From NCBI GenBank assembly GCA_963977445.1, contig CAXBPH010000007.1:1-50063 (forward strand): DNA of 50,063 nt. The letters are read 5' to 3'. The notes beneath the pieces were generated by a model. The model was not told the origin of the DNA. It did no database searches and was given only the letters and a program-made list of their open reading frames with translations. Every line of letters begins with the position of its first letter. Positions within the stretch are counted from its first letter, which is position 1. Both the position numbers and the translations under genes were made by a program. The stretch is from an uncultured bacterium. GTDB lineage: Bacteria > Hydrogenedentota > Hydrogenedentia > Hydrogenedentales > JAEUWI01. Below, piece after piece: positions 35,961-45,609 of the stretch.

Positions 35961-36998
35961 GTGAAATTAGAACCCGTACAATGGAAAGGGGGTCAGTTGA
36001 TCATTATCGATCAGACCCGTCTTCCCATCGAGCTTACCCATATCACCTTGGAAACGCTCGACATGGTGTGGGATGCCATCAAACAACTTCAGGTCCGCGG
36101 CGCGCCGGCCATTGGCGTCTGCGCCGCATTTGGCGTGCTCGTCGGCCTGAAACAGCGCCAGCCGGCAACCCTCAAGGCGGCCCGACACGCCGTCACCGTC
36201 GTGGCAGATCACCTGGCTACCTCGCGCCCCACGGCGGTAAATCTCTTCTGGGCCCTCGACCGCATGCGGGCTGTCTCGGTGCCCGGCAACCCCGACGATA
36301 GGCCTGAGGGCCTCTTGCAGGCGCTGGAACAGGAAGCGCAGAACATCTGCGAAGAAGATATGCGACTTTGCCAGGCCATCGGCGAGCATGGGGCCCCGTT
36401 GATCAAAGAAGGGGCCGGTGTGCTGACCCATTGCAACGCAGGGGGACTGGCCACATCGGGCTACGGCACCGCCCTTTCCGTCATGTTTCAGGCACACGAT
36501 GAGGGCCGTAGATTTCGGGTTTTTGCCGATGAAACCCGACCGCTCCTCCAGGGTGCCCGACTGACCACGTGGGAGCTACAGCAAGCGGGCATCGACGTGA
36601 CTCTGATTTGCGACAGCATGGCAGCGCAGGTGATGCGTGAAGGAAAAATCGACCTCGTTATTGTAGGCGCCGATCGTGTAGCCGCCAACGGGGACGCAGC
36701 CAATAAAATCGGTACCTACGGCGTGGCGGTCCTCGCCCGGGCTCACAACATCCCCTTTTATGTGGCGGCCCCCGACTCGACCATCGATCGGGCCCTTGAA
36801 AATGGAGACGCCATCCCCATAGAAGAGCGCGATCCCCGGGAAATCACCCACAGCTTTGGTAACCAAACGGCCCCCGACGGCGTCCAAGTATATAACCCGG
36901 CCTTTGATGTGACGCCAGCGTCCCTGATTACCGGCATCATAACGGAGGCGGGAATCTTGTATCCCCCATTTCACGAAAAACTTTGCCCCGTGGTATAA
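35961..36998 (+). CDS. mtnA: S-methyl-5-thioribose-1-phosphate isomerase
   Basis: IDQTRLP, VRGAPAIG, RPTAVNL, THCNAGGLAT, ETRPLLQGARLT, NKIGTY, NPAFDVTP; AAGGAG RBS. Confidence 0.96.
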   Translation: MKLEPVQWKGGQLIIIDQTRLPIELTHITLETLDMVWDAIKQLQVRGAPAIGVCAAFGVLVGLKQRQPATLKAARHAVTVVADHLATSRPTAVNLFWALDRMRAVSVPGNPDDRPEGLLQALEQEAQNICEEDMRLCQAIGEHGAPLIKEGAGVLTHCNAGGLATSGYGTALSVMFQAHDEGRRFRVFADETRPLLQGARLTTWELQQAGIDVTLICDSMAAQVMREGKIDLVIVGADRVAANGDAANKIGTYGVAVLARAHNIPFYVAAPDSTIDRALENGDAIPIEERDPREITHSFGNQTAPDGVQVYNPAFDVTPASLITGIITEAGILYPPFHEKLCPVV

Positions 36999-37034
36999 GT
37001 ATTCCTATTGAACTGAAGGATAACCGATTTCCGT

Positions 37035-39104
37035 ATGTATGAAAACCTCGCCAGCTTTGCCATGGCCATGCCTCAGGAGCAGATTTCCTCGCTCTATCTG
37101 GAGGATATTGCACTGTGTGCCACATGGTATGAATCTCACCAGGAAAACAGTGAGATTGCGGAGACGTACAGTTCGCTGCGGCAGGTTTTTGATCATTGGG
37201 TACGTGATGTAAGCCCACCTAAGACAGATAGTGAAGGCTACCGTCAGCAACCCCTGATACGCGACTTGCTCGGTGAATTGGCCGAGGGTCATGTGGCCCG
37301 TCTGGAACGGGATGAACTGGATCTGATTTACTACGCCGTCGGATTTGCCCGGCGGAGCGGAAAGCTCGACATTTTTCGCCGGGTGCTATCCTGCAGCGCC
37401 CCCTATATGAACAGCATAGAGCAGGAGCGCCGACAGAAGAATGTCGAAGCCGATTGTCCGAATCTGGGGAAGCGACTCACGGTGGCCACCCTTGCGGATA
37501 TTAAATCGGCCGAGCCCCGCGACGTCCGCACCTTTGGTGGACTGAGCATTCCCATCCGCGGGCCGGTATACATTCGAGAAGGAAATCTGAAAGTCCTGTC
37601 GGGGATTCCCGCTGACTGCACCGTCGTAGTCGACAAGGGCAGTTGCTGCGTTCGGGGTGCCGTAGACGGCAACCTGGCAACGACCGAGTCTTGCGACATT
37701 CTGGAAAATATCTCTGGCGTCGTAATTGCCCGTCGCGGTGGGGTAAACGCCAAAGACATACTGAACCACGCAACGGTTATCTCCAAAGAAGATTCTGTGC
37801 GGGCGGTTTCAGCCGAAGCGCCCAAAATCGTTTTCGCAGCCCGGGAAATCAATATTAGCGGCAACGCGACGGGAGGACGCTATTTCTCTCGCCTCATAAC
37901 TTTTGGGGGGGACGTGTCAGGCGGTGAACTCTACGCGACGGAGCGCGCGACCGCGCAGCACTTTATCACGACGGAGGAACGCCCCTTGCGGGTTTGTCTC
38001 CTCCGTGGACTGAGCTGCAAGGACTATGGGGAAGTATTGACGCAAGAGTCCGGCACACTGCTGAATTCCGCCATGAAGCTACGGCAACGACTCAACCATA
38101 TGGAAGAATTAACGGATATCGCCGAACGCGAGGCAGATGATTACGCGGGCAATATCCTCATGTATGTCTTGGGCGAAGGCGATACCAAGGAACGCATCCA
38201 ACATATTCAGCGACGTCGGCGGCGATTATCTGTTCTCGACCGTCTCGCATCGGGTATCCGTGCACTGGTTATCGCCGCTGAGGATAGGATAAACCGATTT
38301 TCGGGCGGTATCGAGGAGAATGGGGCACCGGGTGACGATCAAGCTACCCTGGATGACCTCCGCCGTGAACTCACCACCCTCGCCAATGAGGGCAGTATTG
38401 ACCCGGAAATCTACGAACTCAAGGAAGAGGTCGTCTATCTCGGTCGAAAACTCCAACGGCGCGGCATGCTCATCCAGGGGCTGGAGCAGGTGCTCGATCG
38501 CCTCCTGGAGCGGGGGGACCACATTGGCACGCTTATCGAAACCCTGTCGAAGCAACTGGAGCAGGAGGAAAACCTCATTGAGCAGGCCATGAGCCGGGCG
38601 GCACTCCTCGAGCGGGCCCGAGCCGAATGTTCCCGGGTGGAGATGTTGAAGCAACTCTCCATGGCGGCAAGAAAACTCAACACCAACGACGTCTTCAAGC
38701 AGCGCCTCAATGATCGACAGGTAAAGATCCTGCAGCGAACAATGGAAACCCGTATGTCCCGGATGGCCGCCTATCGGGCAACCAGCCGGGAAATACATGA
38801 CCGTGTGGAAGACATTCGCGAGAAGCTCTGGACAGAATACATGGTTTCCCTTCCAGACCACGTGCTCCGTGGCTGGGCCGTTGGTGGTGCCCGCATTGAC
38901 GGCAATTTTTCTGCCGACGTCTTCGTGTGTCCCTGGCGACATTTTATGGACGATCCGTCCACCGGCGGAAAAAGTTGTGTTACAACCGAGTATGCCCGGG
39001 ATGGCTCACCGAAGAAATTCGTATTGGTACGCACCGAACGTAGTACGATTGAAGATCTGACACCACCGGAAACGGAAGTGCGGCCCAGCGGAATCAACGT
39101 CTGA
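37035..39104 (+). CDS. Hypothetical protein with a beta-helix-like region and a long coiled coil (possible distant FapA/DUF342-like)
   Basis: 689-aa ORF between mtnA and cmk; V/I-G-rich short strands at aa ~175-315, then an E/R/L heptad-rich region. Confidence 0.65.
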   Translation: MYENLASFAMAMPQEQISSLYLEDIALCATWYESHQENSEIAETYSSLRQVFDHWVRDVSPPKTDSEGYRQQPLIRDLLGELAEGHVARLERDELDLIYYAVGFARRSGKLDIFRRVLSCSAPYMNSIEQERRQKNVEADCPNLGKRLTVATLADIKSAEPRDVRTFGGLSIPIRGPVYIREGNLKVLSGIPADCTVVVDKGSCCVRGAVDGNLATTESCDILENISGVVIARRGGVNAKDILNHATVISKEDSVRAVSAEAPKIVFAAREINISGNATGGRYFSRLITFGGDVSGGELYATERATAQHFITTEERPLRVCLLRGLSCKDYGEVLTQESGTLLNSAMKLRQRLNHMEELTDIAEREADDYAGNILMYVLGEGDTKERIQHIQRRRRRLSVLDRLASGIRALVIAAEDRINRFSGGIEENGAPGDDQATLDDLRRELTTLANEGSIDPEIYELKEEVVYLGRKLQRRGMLIQGLEQVLDRLLERGDHIGTLIETLSKQLEQEENLIEQAMSRAALLERARAECSRVEMLKQLSMAARKLNTNDVFKQRLNDRQVKILQRTMETRMSRMAAYRATSREIHDRVEDIREKLWTEYMVSLPDHVLRGWAVGGARIDGNFSADVFVCPWRHFMDDPSTGGKSCVTTEYARDGSPKKFVLVRTERSTIEDLTPPETEVRPSGINV

Positions 39105-39267
39105 TCCCCCATTGTCCTTGTCAGAAATCGTTTCTGACCCGTCCATCTTATTGCCGTGCCAACCGCCTTCCGTTGAGTCATCTCTGCGGGTCATGGTATC
39201 ATCGAAGCGCCTTCGACGACGTGCAGTCGCAGCGAAGGCGGCCCCAACATGCTGGAAGAGCGTATTT

Positions 39268-39942
39268 ATGAGTCAAGCCACCCAGATCGTTGCCATCGAC
39301 GGCCCCGCCGGTGCGGGAAAAAGCACCACGGCCAAGGCGGTTGCGAAACAGCTCGATTTTTCATTTCTGGATACGGGAGCCATGTATCGCGCCGCGACGT
39401 GGTGGGCCATTGAAAAAGGGGTGGATCTGGACACCCCCGAGGCCCTCGCAGAACATACCGCCAGGATGGACTTGGAAATTAACGAAACGCCCGCCGGGCA
39501 GGTTGTACTCGTGAACGGTGTCGACGTAAGTCAGGCCATCCGAACACCAGAGATAACCAATCTCATATACAAACTCGACCAGAACTCGATCATTCGCCAA
39601 CAGCTGGTCGCCCTGCAACGAAAAATGGGTGAAAAACGACCGACCGTTGCCGAAGGACGTGATATTGGTACCGTGGTGTTCCCCATGGCGAAATGCAAGA
39701 TTTATCTTGATGCCTCCCTGGATACGCGGACCGCGCGTCGGGCCCGGCAAATGCGCAAGCGGGGCCAGGCCTACGATCTTGAGCAACTGCGCGCGGAAGT
39801 TCACGAACGAGACGAGCAAAGTCGAAATCGTGCGGACTCTCCCCTTCGACAGGCCGACGACGCCATATTGCTGAATTCAACAAAGCTCAGCTTCGAGGAA
39901 GTCGTTGATGAGATTGTCCGACATGCCCGAGAACTCCTGTGA
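39268..39942 (+). CDS. cmk: Cytidylate kinase
   Basis: VAIDGPAGAGKST, LDTGAMYRA, AEGRDIGTVVFP, RADSPL. Start reassigned to the ATG at 39268. Confidence 0.96.
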   Translation: MSQATQIVAIDGPAGAGKSTTAKAVAKQLDFSFLDTGAMYRAATWWAIEKGVDLDTPEALAEHTARMDLEINETPAGQVVLVNGVDVSQAIRTPEITNLIYKLDQNSIIRQQLVALQRKMGEKRPTVAEGRDIGTVVFPMAKCKIYLDASLDTRTARRARQMRKRGQAYDLEQLRAEVHERDEQSRNRADSPLRQADDAILLNSTKLSFEEVVDEIVRHARELL

Positions 39943-41639
39943 TTGCGCTTGGCATACAACGCACGTGGTCCATTGCAGCACAAGATGACCAGCGCACCCA
40001 GGAATTGGCGACCCAATTGGGTATTCCCGCGATCGTTGCCCAACTACTGAAACTTCGCGGCCAGGAAACGGTGGAGCAGGCTACGGCATACCTCCACCCT
40101 ACCCTGCAGCATCTGTCTGATCCCTACTTATTGACCGATTTAGACGTGGCGGTTGCCCGAATTACCGAAGCCCGTGATACGCAAGAGCATGTCCTCATCT
40201 TCGGTGACTACGATGTGGATGGAATCAGCGGCACCGCCATTCTGGTCAATGGACTCAAGCGTTTCGGAATTAAGCGTGTAAGTTACAATATGCCCAAGCG
40301 CCTCACCGAAGGCTATGGCTTGTCGCCAGATCACGTCGACGAAGCGATAGAGGACGGCGTAACGTTATTGGTCACCGTGGACAATGGCATCAGCGCCCAT
40401 GAAGCGGCGGATCACGCCCGTAGACGGGGCCTTGACCTCATCATCACCGACCACCATGCTATTGAACAAGGCCTCCCCGACGCGCTGGCCGTCATCAATC
40501 CCCAACGGGAATCCGAAGATTATGTGGGGCGTTACCTGTGTGGTGCGGGTGTTGCCTTCAAACTGGCCACCGCCCTCAATGGGGCACCCAATGATCTCGA
40601 TATCGCAGCGCTGGGTACGGTGGCCGATATCGTCCCCCTGCAGGCTGAGAATCGAGTTATTGTTTCCCTCGGCTTGCGCCACATGGCGAAACATCAGCGC
40701 AATGGCATCGCAGTACTTGCCCGGGTTGCCGGCGTCAACATTGCCGCCATCACCTCCGTCGATATCGGCTATCAAATTGGCCCGCGTATCAATGCCGCCG
40801 GGCGGTTGAATAACGGGCTCTCTGCGCTCCAACTGCTGCTCTCCGATTGCCCCGAACAGGCCCAGGAAATGGCCGAATTCCTCGATCAGGCCAACGGAGA
40901 ACGACGTACCATCGAGCAAGGTATCTTTGACGAAGCCGTGGAAGAACTGGAAGCATGCTTTACGCCGGAGCAACGTTGTATCGTCCTCGCTCGTGAGGGA
41001 TGGCACCCCGGGGTGATTGGCATCGTTGCCTCCAAGTTGCAGAATCGGTACCACCGTCCCGTGGTTGTAATCGCCATAGATGAAAATGGCGTTGGACGGG
41101 GCTCGGCGCGAAGCAACGGAAGTTTTGATATGGTGAAGGCCTTTCGCACCTGTAAGGACTTCCTGATCAAATTTGGTGGGCACCAATCTGCAGCAGGCCT
41201 GACCCTCCATATGGACAACATGGCCGCATTTCGGGAGCAGTTCGAGGCAGAGGCCTTGTCACAAATGGGCACGGGTCAAATCTGTTCAGAGCTTTCGGTC
41301 GACGCCATTGCCTCATTCAGCGAAATTGACGCGGGGTTACTGAATGCCATTGAGATGATCGAGCCGCTGGGTCACAAAAATCCACCGCCCGTGTTTTGTA
41401 CGATGCGCGTTGAGCCGGTGAAAGGTTCCATTCGCATACTCAAAGATCAGCACCTGAAGGTTTCATTCCAGCAGAATGGTGCCATTATCGCCGCCATTGG
41501 CTTCAATATGGCAGAGCGTTTTTACACGGAAGACCTGTCCGGCGCGGTGGATATTGCCTTTACGCCCCAATTTAATCACTGGCGTGGAGAGACTACCATC
41601 CAACTTTTGCTGAAAGATATTCGCCAGGCGATCGACTGA
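39939..41639 (+). CDS. recJ: ssDNA-specific exonuclease RecJ
   Basis: GDYDVDG, EGYGL, TVDNG, TDHH, GTVADIVPL, PRINAAGR, GSARS, FGGH..AAG; GTGA overlap with cmk. Confidence 0.96.
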   Translation: MIALGIQRTWSIAAQDDQRTQELATQLGIPAIVAQLLKLRGQETVEQATAYLHPTLQHLSDPYLLTDLDVAVARITEARDTQEHVLIFGDYDVDGISGTAILVNGLKRFGIKRVSYNMPKRLTEGYGLSPDHVDEAIEDGVTLLVTVDNGISAHEAADHARRRGLDLIITDHHAIEQGLPDALAVINPQRESEDYVGRYLCGAGVAFKLATALNGAPNDLDIAALGTVADIVPLQAENRVIVSLGLRHMAKHQRNGIAVLARVAGVNIAAITSVDIGYQIGPRINAAGRLNNGLSALQLLLSDCPEQAQEMAEFLDQANGERRTIEQGIFDEAVEELEACFTPEQRCIVLAREGWHPGVIGIVASKLQNRYHRPVVVIAIDENGVGRGSARSNGSFDMVKAFRTCKDFLIKFGGHQSAAGLTLHMDNMAAFREQFEAEALSQMGTGQICSELSVDAIASFSEIDAGLLNAIEMIEPLGHKNPPPVFCTMRVEPVKGSIRILKDQHLKVSFQQNGAIIAAIGFNMAERFYTEDLSGAVDIAFTPQFNHWRGETTIQLLLKDIRQAID

Positions 41640-41679
41640 TTTGTACGCAGGTCAATAAGGCAAAATCAGCAACAGGCTG

Positions 41680-42108
41680 CTAATGCAGGCAATGGGCCAG
41701 AGCAATTCGGGAACCCACCTCTACGGCACTATTGTAGAGGGGCGCTTCATCCTCGCGGGTAAGATCCCAGGCGAACACACCGCCACCGAGGCGTATGGGA
41801 CCAACAATTCGACGAACCGTCGAGCCCCCCTCTTGTGTCTCTGTACGAACCCAGTAATTTCCCGGGCGCGACAGAACCGCCGAGAATACGACGTTGGGAA
41901 GCAGTGGTTGGGCAAGCCGATTTTCCGCCGTGCTGGCAGCCAACTCAGAATCTTCGATGGCCAAAAACAATACCGGGGATTGGCTTTCGTTAGAAAGGTG
42001 CATACGGGTGGGCACGTATGACTCCGTTCTGCCACATCCACCGAGAAGTGTAAGGGCAAGCACACACCCCACACCCGCTGGAACTGCACAGCAGAATTTT
42101 TTAAACAT
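41680..42108 (-). CDS. Hypothetical lipoprotein
   Basis: GGAGG RBS before ATG 42108; MFKKF...LALTLLGGC lipobox. Confidence 0.7.
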   Translation of the reverse strand: MFKKFCCAVPAGVGCVLALTLLGGCGRTESYVPTRMHLSNESQSPVLFLAIEDSELAASTAENRLAQPLLPNVVFSAVLSRPGNYWVRTETQEGGSTVRRIVGPIRLGGGVFAWDLTREDEAPLYNSAVEVGSRIALAHCLH

Positions 42109-42392
42109 GGTTTGGCCTCCAATTGGATAAAGCATTCACGTTTGCCGCCATCCCCGACGTGTACACAAATTATAGCCGAAAAAACATCAGAAAGCCCAAT
42201 GTTTTCGGGGCAAATGCTACATTGGAACACTCTGTACGATCCTTAGACACTTTATACAAATTTCTTTTATTTCGTGCCACCAGCACAAAATTGGGCACGC
42301 GTGAACACATCTTACTGATTGCCGCGCAATATACGGATAGATATGTTGACGCTGAACTGAATTGCACGCAGAATTCGTGCTAGACTCCTCTC

Positions 42393-43292
42393 ATGCCAGC
42401 CATTGTGTCATTTTCAAAAGTTTCCAAATTCTACGGATCACATTTCGCCGTAGGCGGCTTCTCGTTGGATATTGAAGCCGGCGATACGGTCGGCCTGCTG
42501 GGTCCAAATGGTGCCGGCAAGAGTACCTTGCTCCACATGCTAACCGGTCTGGTGCGCCCCACGTCGGGCCAGGTCTCCCTGTTTGGAAAAGATCTTCGGT
42601 TGAATTATGTGGACATCGCCCGGCGCACCGGCGCATTACTTGAGCGTCCTACCTTCTATGATCACCTGACTATACGGCGAAACCTGAAGATACATGCCCA
42701 ATTGGCCCAGCGCGATGTGAATATAGAACGCACCCTCGATCTCACCAATCTGCTCGGCTTTGCCTCGGTGAGAGCGGGTGAACTTTCTCAGGGATTGCGC
42801 CAACGACTGGGACTCGCCCTGGCCATGCTCACCGAGCCCGAACTGCTGATTTTGGATGAGCCCACGTCGGGCCTCGACCCGGAAGCCACGCAGGATATAC
42901 TAACGCTCCTTCGGCGTCTGGCCGATGAGTCTTCCGTTACAATTCTCTTCTCGAGTCACCTCATGCATGAAGTTGAGGCACTGTGCAGCCATGTAGCCAT
43001 CATCAACAAAGGTCGGCTCGTCTCCTATGAAGAAACGGAGTCCTTAATCTCCTATGATCTCAGCCAGGTGGAAGTGTTGCTCGACGGCGCAGAAAATGCA
43101 GCCCGTAAGCTGAGTGCGCAAGACTGGGTAACGAGCGTAACCAGCAAACCGGGACGTCTCTACGTGGAATTAAATGAGCAGAACAGCCACCAATTAAATA
43201 GCTTCCTCGTCCATGCCGGGTATGCCGTCTCTGGCATTGTTCCCCGGCGACGGACGCTCCAGGATTATTTCCTTAAGGCACTGGACAAATGA
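42393..43292 (+). CDS. ABC transporter ATP-binding protein (ABC-2/drug-exporter type)
   Basis: GPNGAGKST, LSQGLRQR, LILDEPT, SSH. Confidence 0.95.
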   Translation: MPAIVSFSKVSKFYGSHFAVGGFSLDIEAGDTVGLLGPNGAGKSTLLHMLTGLVRPTSGQVSLFGKDLRLNYVDIARRTGALLERPTFYDHLTIRRNLKIHAQLAQRDVNIERTLDLTNLLGFASVRAGELSQGLRQRLGLALAMLTEPELLILDEPTSGLDPEATQDILTLLRRLADESSVTILFSSHLMHEVEALCSHVAIINKGRLVSYEETESLISYDLSQVEVLLDGAENAARKLSAQDWVTSVTSKPGRLYVELNEQNSHQLNSFLVHAGYAVSGIVPRRRTLQDYFLKALDK

Positions 43293-44119
43293 CGGGAACG
43301 CAGCGACTACGCCACTATCGGCATTCGGCAAAGCGCGTCGGTATCTTGTATCGCGTGGAGCTTACCAAAATCATTCGACTTCGCCAGTCCTATATTGGCC
43401 CACTCATACTCGTCGCCATTGTCTTGCTTTCGCCCCTGGCCCACCCCCTGGTCAAAGACGATATGGGGGACTACGGCTTTATCGCCTATGTCACCCCCCT
43501 TACCCTGGGCTTTCTTGGATATGTGTTGCTCCTGTCTTTTGTAAGCGGGCTTTTCGCCACAGAACTGGGTCGGGGCACCTTACGTGCCGTGTTGCTTCGC
43601 CCGGTGAAGCGGGAGGAGATTTATCTGGCCAAATTCCTCATGGGCTGTACCTACAGCACCCTGCTTACCGTGGTCGTCGGCATCGCGAGCTGGTGCGTCA
43701 CCATCGCCCTGGGCGACCTCTATGGCATTCAAGTGGGTGGCGAATTGCTCTACACGGGCGACGATATGGCCTGGGCCTACATTTTCGGCAGTATACTTGC
43801 CTTGGCACCACAATGGGCCGGCGTCAGTCTGGGACTACTTTTTTCCTCCATTACCCGCAGCACCGGCACGGCCGTGAGCCTGAGTATTGGCACCTGGGTC
43901 GCTCTGGATCTCATTAAGTATCCCCTCGGCATCGATCGCCTCGTTTTCACCTCCTATCTGGAAGCTCCGTGGAGCGTTTTCGCAAACCATTGTGATGGAC
44001 TCGATGCCTCATGGTTTCCCATGCTGTATTATTGCCTCCTCAGCTCCGCCCTGGTGGGTGCCATCTCTCTGGTGATCGGCATCGCGCTGTTTAAACGCCG
44101 GAATCTCAGCGCATGCTGA
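43289..44119 (+). CDS. ABC-2 type permease
   Basis: About six hydrophobic segments; ELGRGTLRAVLLRPVKR...AK motif; ATGA overlap with the ATPase gene. Confidence 0.88.
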   Translation: MTGTQRLRHYRHSAKRVGILYRVELTKIIRLRQSYIGPLILVAIVLLSPLAHPLVKDDMGDYGFIAYVTPLTLGFLGYVLLLSFVSGLFATELGRGTLRAVLLRPVKREEIYLAKFLMGCTYSTLLTVVVGIASWCVTIALGDLYGIQVGGELLYTGDDMAWAYIFGSILALAPQWAGVSLGLLFSSITRSTGTAVSLSIGTWVALDLIKYPLGIDRLVFTSYLEAPWSVFANHCDGLDASWFPMLYYCLLSSALVGAISLVIGIALFKRRNLSAC

Positions 44120-45609
44120 TATTGACCGTACTCCTGACGCTGGGACAAATCCACTTTGATGATGCCCCTCTCCCAGGAGTCGTTATCGGCAATGTGACGC
44201 CCTTTACCGGATCGGTTTCGACCAACTATCTCCAGGCCGATATTAACCAGGACGGCGAAACCGACTTGTTGCTGCCGGATTCACTCCTGCTCCAGCGCAA
44301 CGGTGCCTTCGATACAAGCGCCCCAATTCCCTTCCCCCCCGTCAGCCCGGGCACGGATGTTGACACCTTCGACGGAGCGCTCTTCTACAAGAGCCCGAAC
44401 CAACTAAGTATCTTTCGATTCAGCGAGGGTGCCTGGGTCCTTTCGTGGCAACAGACCCTGGACTGGCCCGAGGAGCAGTCCTCCTTTCTTCCCATGAATG
44501 GAAAAAGCAATTCACTGTTTTTTCGCCGTTTTGCCTCTGATATCGACGGAGATGGCACTCCCGAGCTCGTCGCTACCGACCATCGTGGGATTCACCTGTT
44601 TCGTCGGATAGATAAGGCCTACGTAGCGGCCGGTGTCATCGATTTTCCGTCGAATATCTCCATTGGTCGATCCGCACCACGGCCAATCTGGCCCGAAGAT
44701 CAGCGACGGGTCGCTTTTCCTGAGCAACAGATGTCCTTTCGATTTGTCATTGAGCGGGGGGCAATACAAACCGTGGCGATTCGAGAGCGACGGAACGACG
44801 CCAACCGCTATGGCATACAACAGCGCACCTTGACCCTTGGGGATACCGGTGTATTCGAGGCGGGCGCGCCCCGGAGCGTAATCTCTGAACCCCTGCCGAG
44901 TCATCTGCGGCCCTGTCGCCTGAATGACGACGACGTACTCGATTATGCAGGGGGGCGTTGGCTTCGCTCAGAGTCAGGGCCCATACCGACGCCCTTGTTT
45001 GAGCTGTGGGCGACCCTGGATGGCGGTCGCACATTTTACATCCAGCGAGCGGCAGCCTATACCCAGTTTCGTCCCCACTGTTCCTTTGTCGATTTCGACG
45101 GTGATGGCGATATGGATATGGTCATGGAATCGGCCGAATGGCCCCGTGGCAGTTTACGCGAGCAATTGAATAAGTTTCTCACCGACGCGACCGTCCGCCA
45201 TATCATCAAAATATACCAGCTGGACGGGGGCGTCTATTCTCGCGATCCAGCTATAGAACTTGCGGTAGAAATCGATCTCGGCAGTCCGCCAATGCGCCCC
45301 GGAATCATGCTCTCTCGCTATGAAGCGGGTACAATTTTTAACATCACGGGCGACCTCAACGGCGACCATTTTCGGGATTTGCTTGTGAGGACGGGGCCTG
45401 AAACCCTGGCGATATTCATCGCAGATGGGTGGGCGGGCTTTCGCAATCGCCCCCAGTGGACGGACTCGGTCGCCCGGTCTAGCGATGTCCTGGTTGCCGA
45501 TCTGAATGGCGACGGACTTTCCGACCTCTATGTGAACACCAGAAGTGATGTAACCGAAGACATGCCCGCGCCCGGTTTGGTCCGGTACGCCCGGTTGGAG
45601 CAGCCATGA
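44113..45609 (+). CDS. Secreted FG-GAP/VCBS-repeat protein
   Basis: DINQDGETDL, DIDGDGTPEL, DFDGDGDMDM, DLNGDHFRDL, DLNGDGLSDL; hydrophobic N-terminus. Confidence 0.85.
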   Translation: MLILTVLLTLGQIHFDDAPLPGVVIGNVTPFTGSVSTNYLQADINQDGETDLLLPDSLLLQRNGAFDTSAPIPFPPVSPGTDVDTFDGALFYKSPNQLSIFRFSEGAWVLSWQQTLDWPEEQSSFLPMNGKSNSLFFRRFASDIDGDGTPELVATDHRGIHLFRRIDKAYVAAGVIDFPSNISIGRSAPRPIWPEDQRRVAFPEQQMSFRFVIERGAIQTVAIRERRNDANRYGIQQRTLTLGDTGVFEAGAPRSVISEPLPSHLRPCRLNDDDVLDYAGGRWLRSESGPIPTPLFELWATLDGGRTFYIQRAAAYTQFRPHCSFVDFDGDGDMDMVMESAEWPRGSLREQLNKFLTDATVRHIIKIYQLDGGVYSRDPAIELAVEIDLGSPPMRPGIMLSRYEAGTIFNITGDLNGDHFRDLLVRTGPETLAIFIADGWAGFRNRPQWTDSVARSSDVLVADLNGDGLSDLYVNTRSDVTEDMPAPGLVRYARLEQP

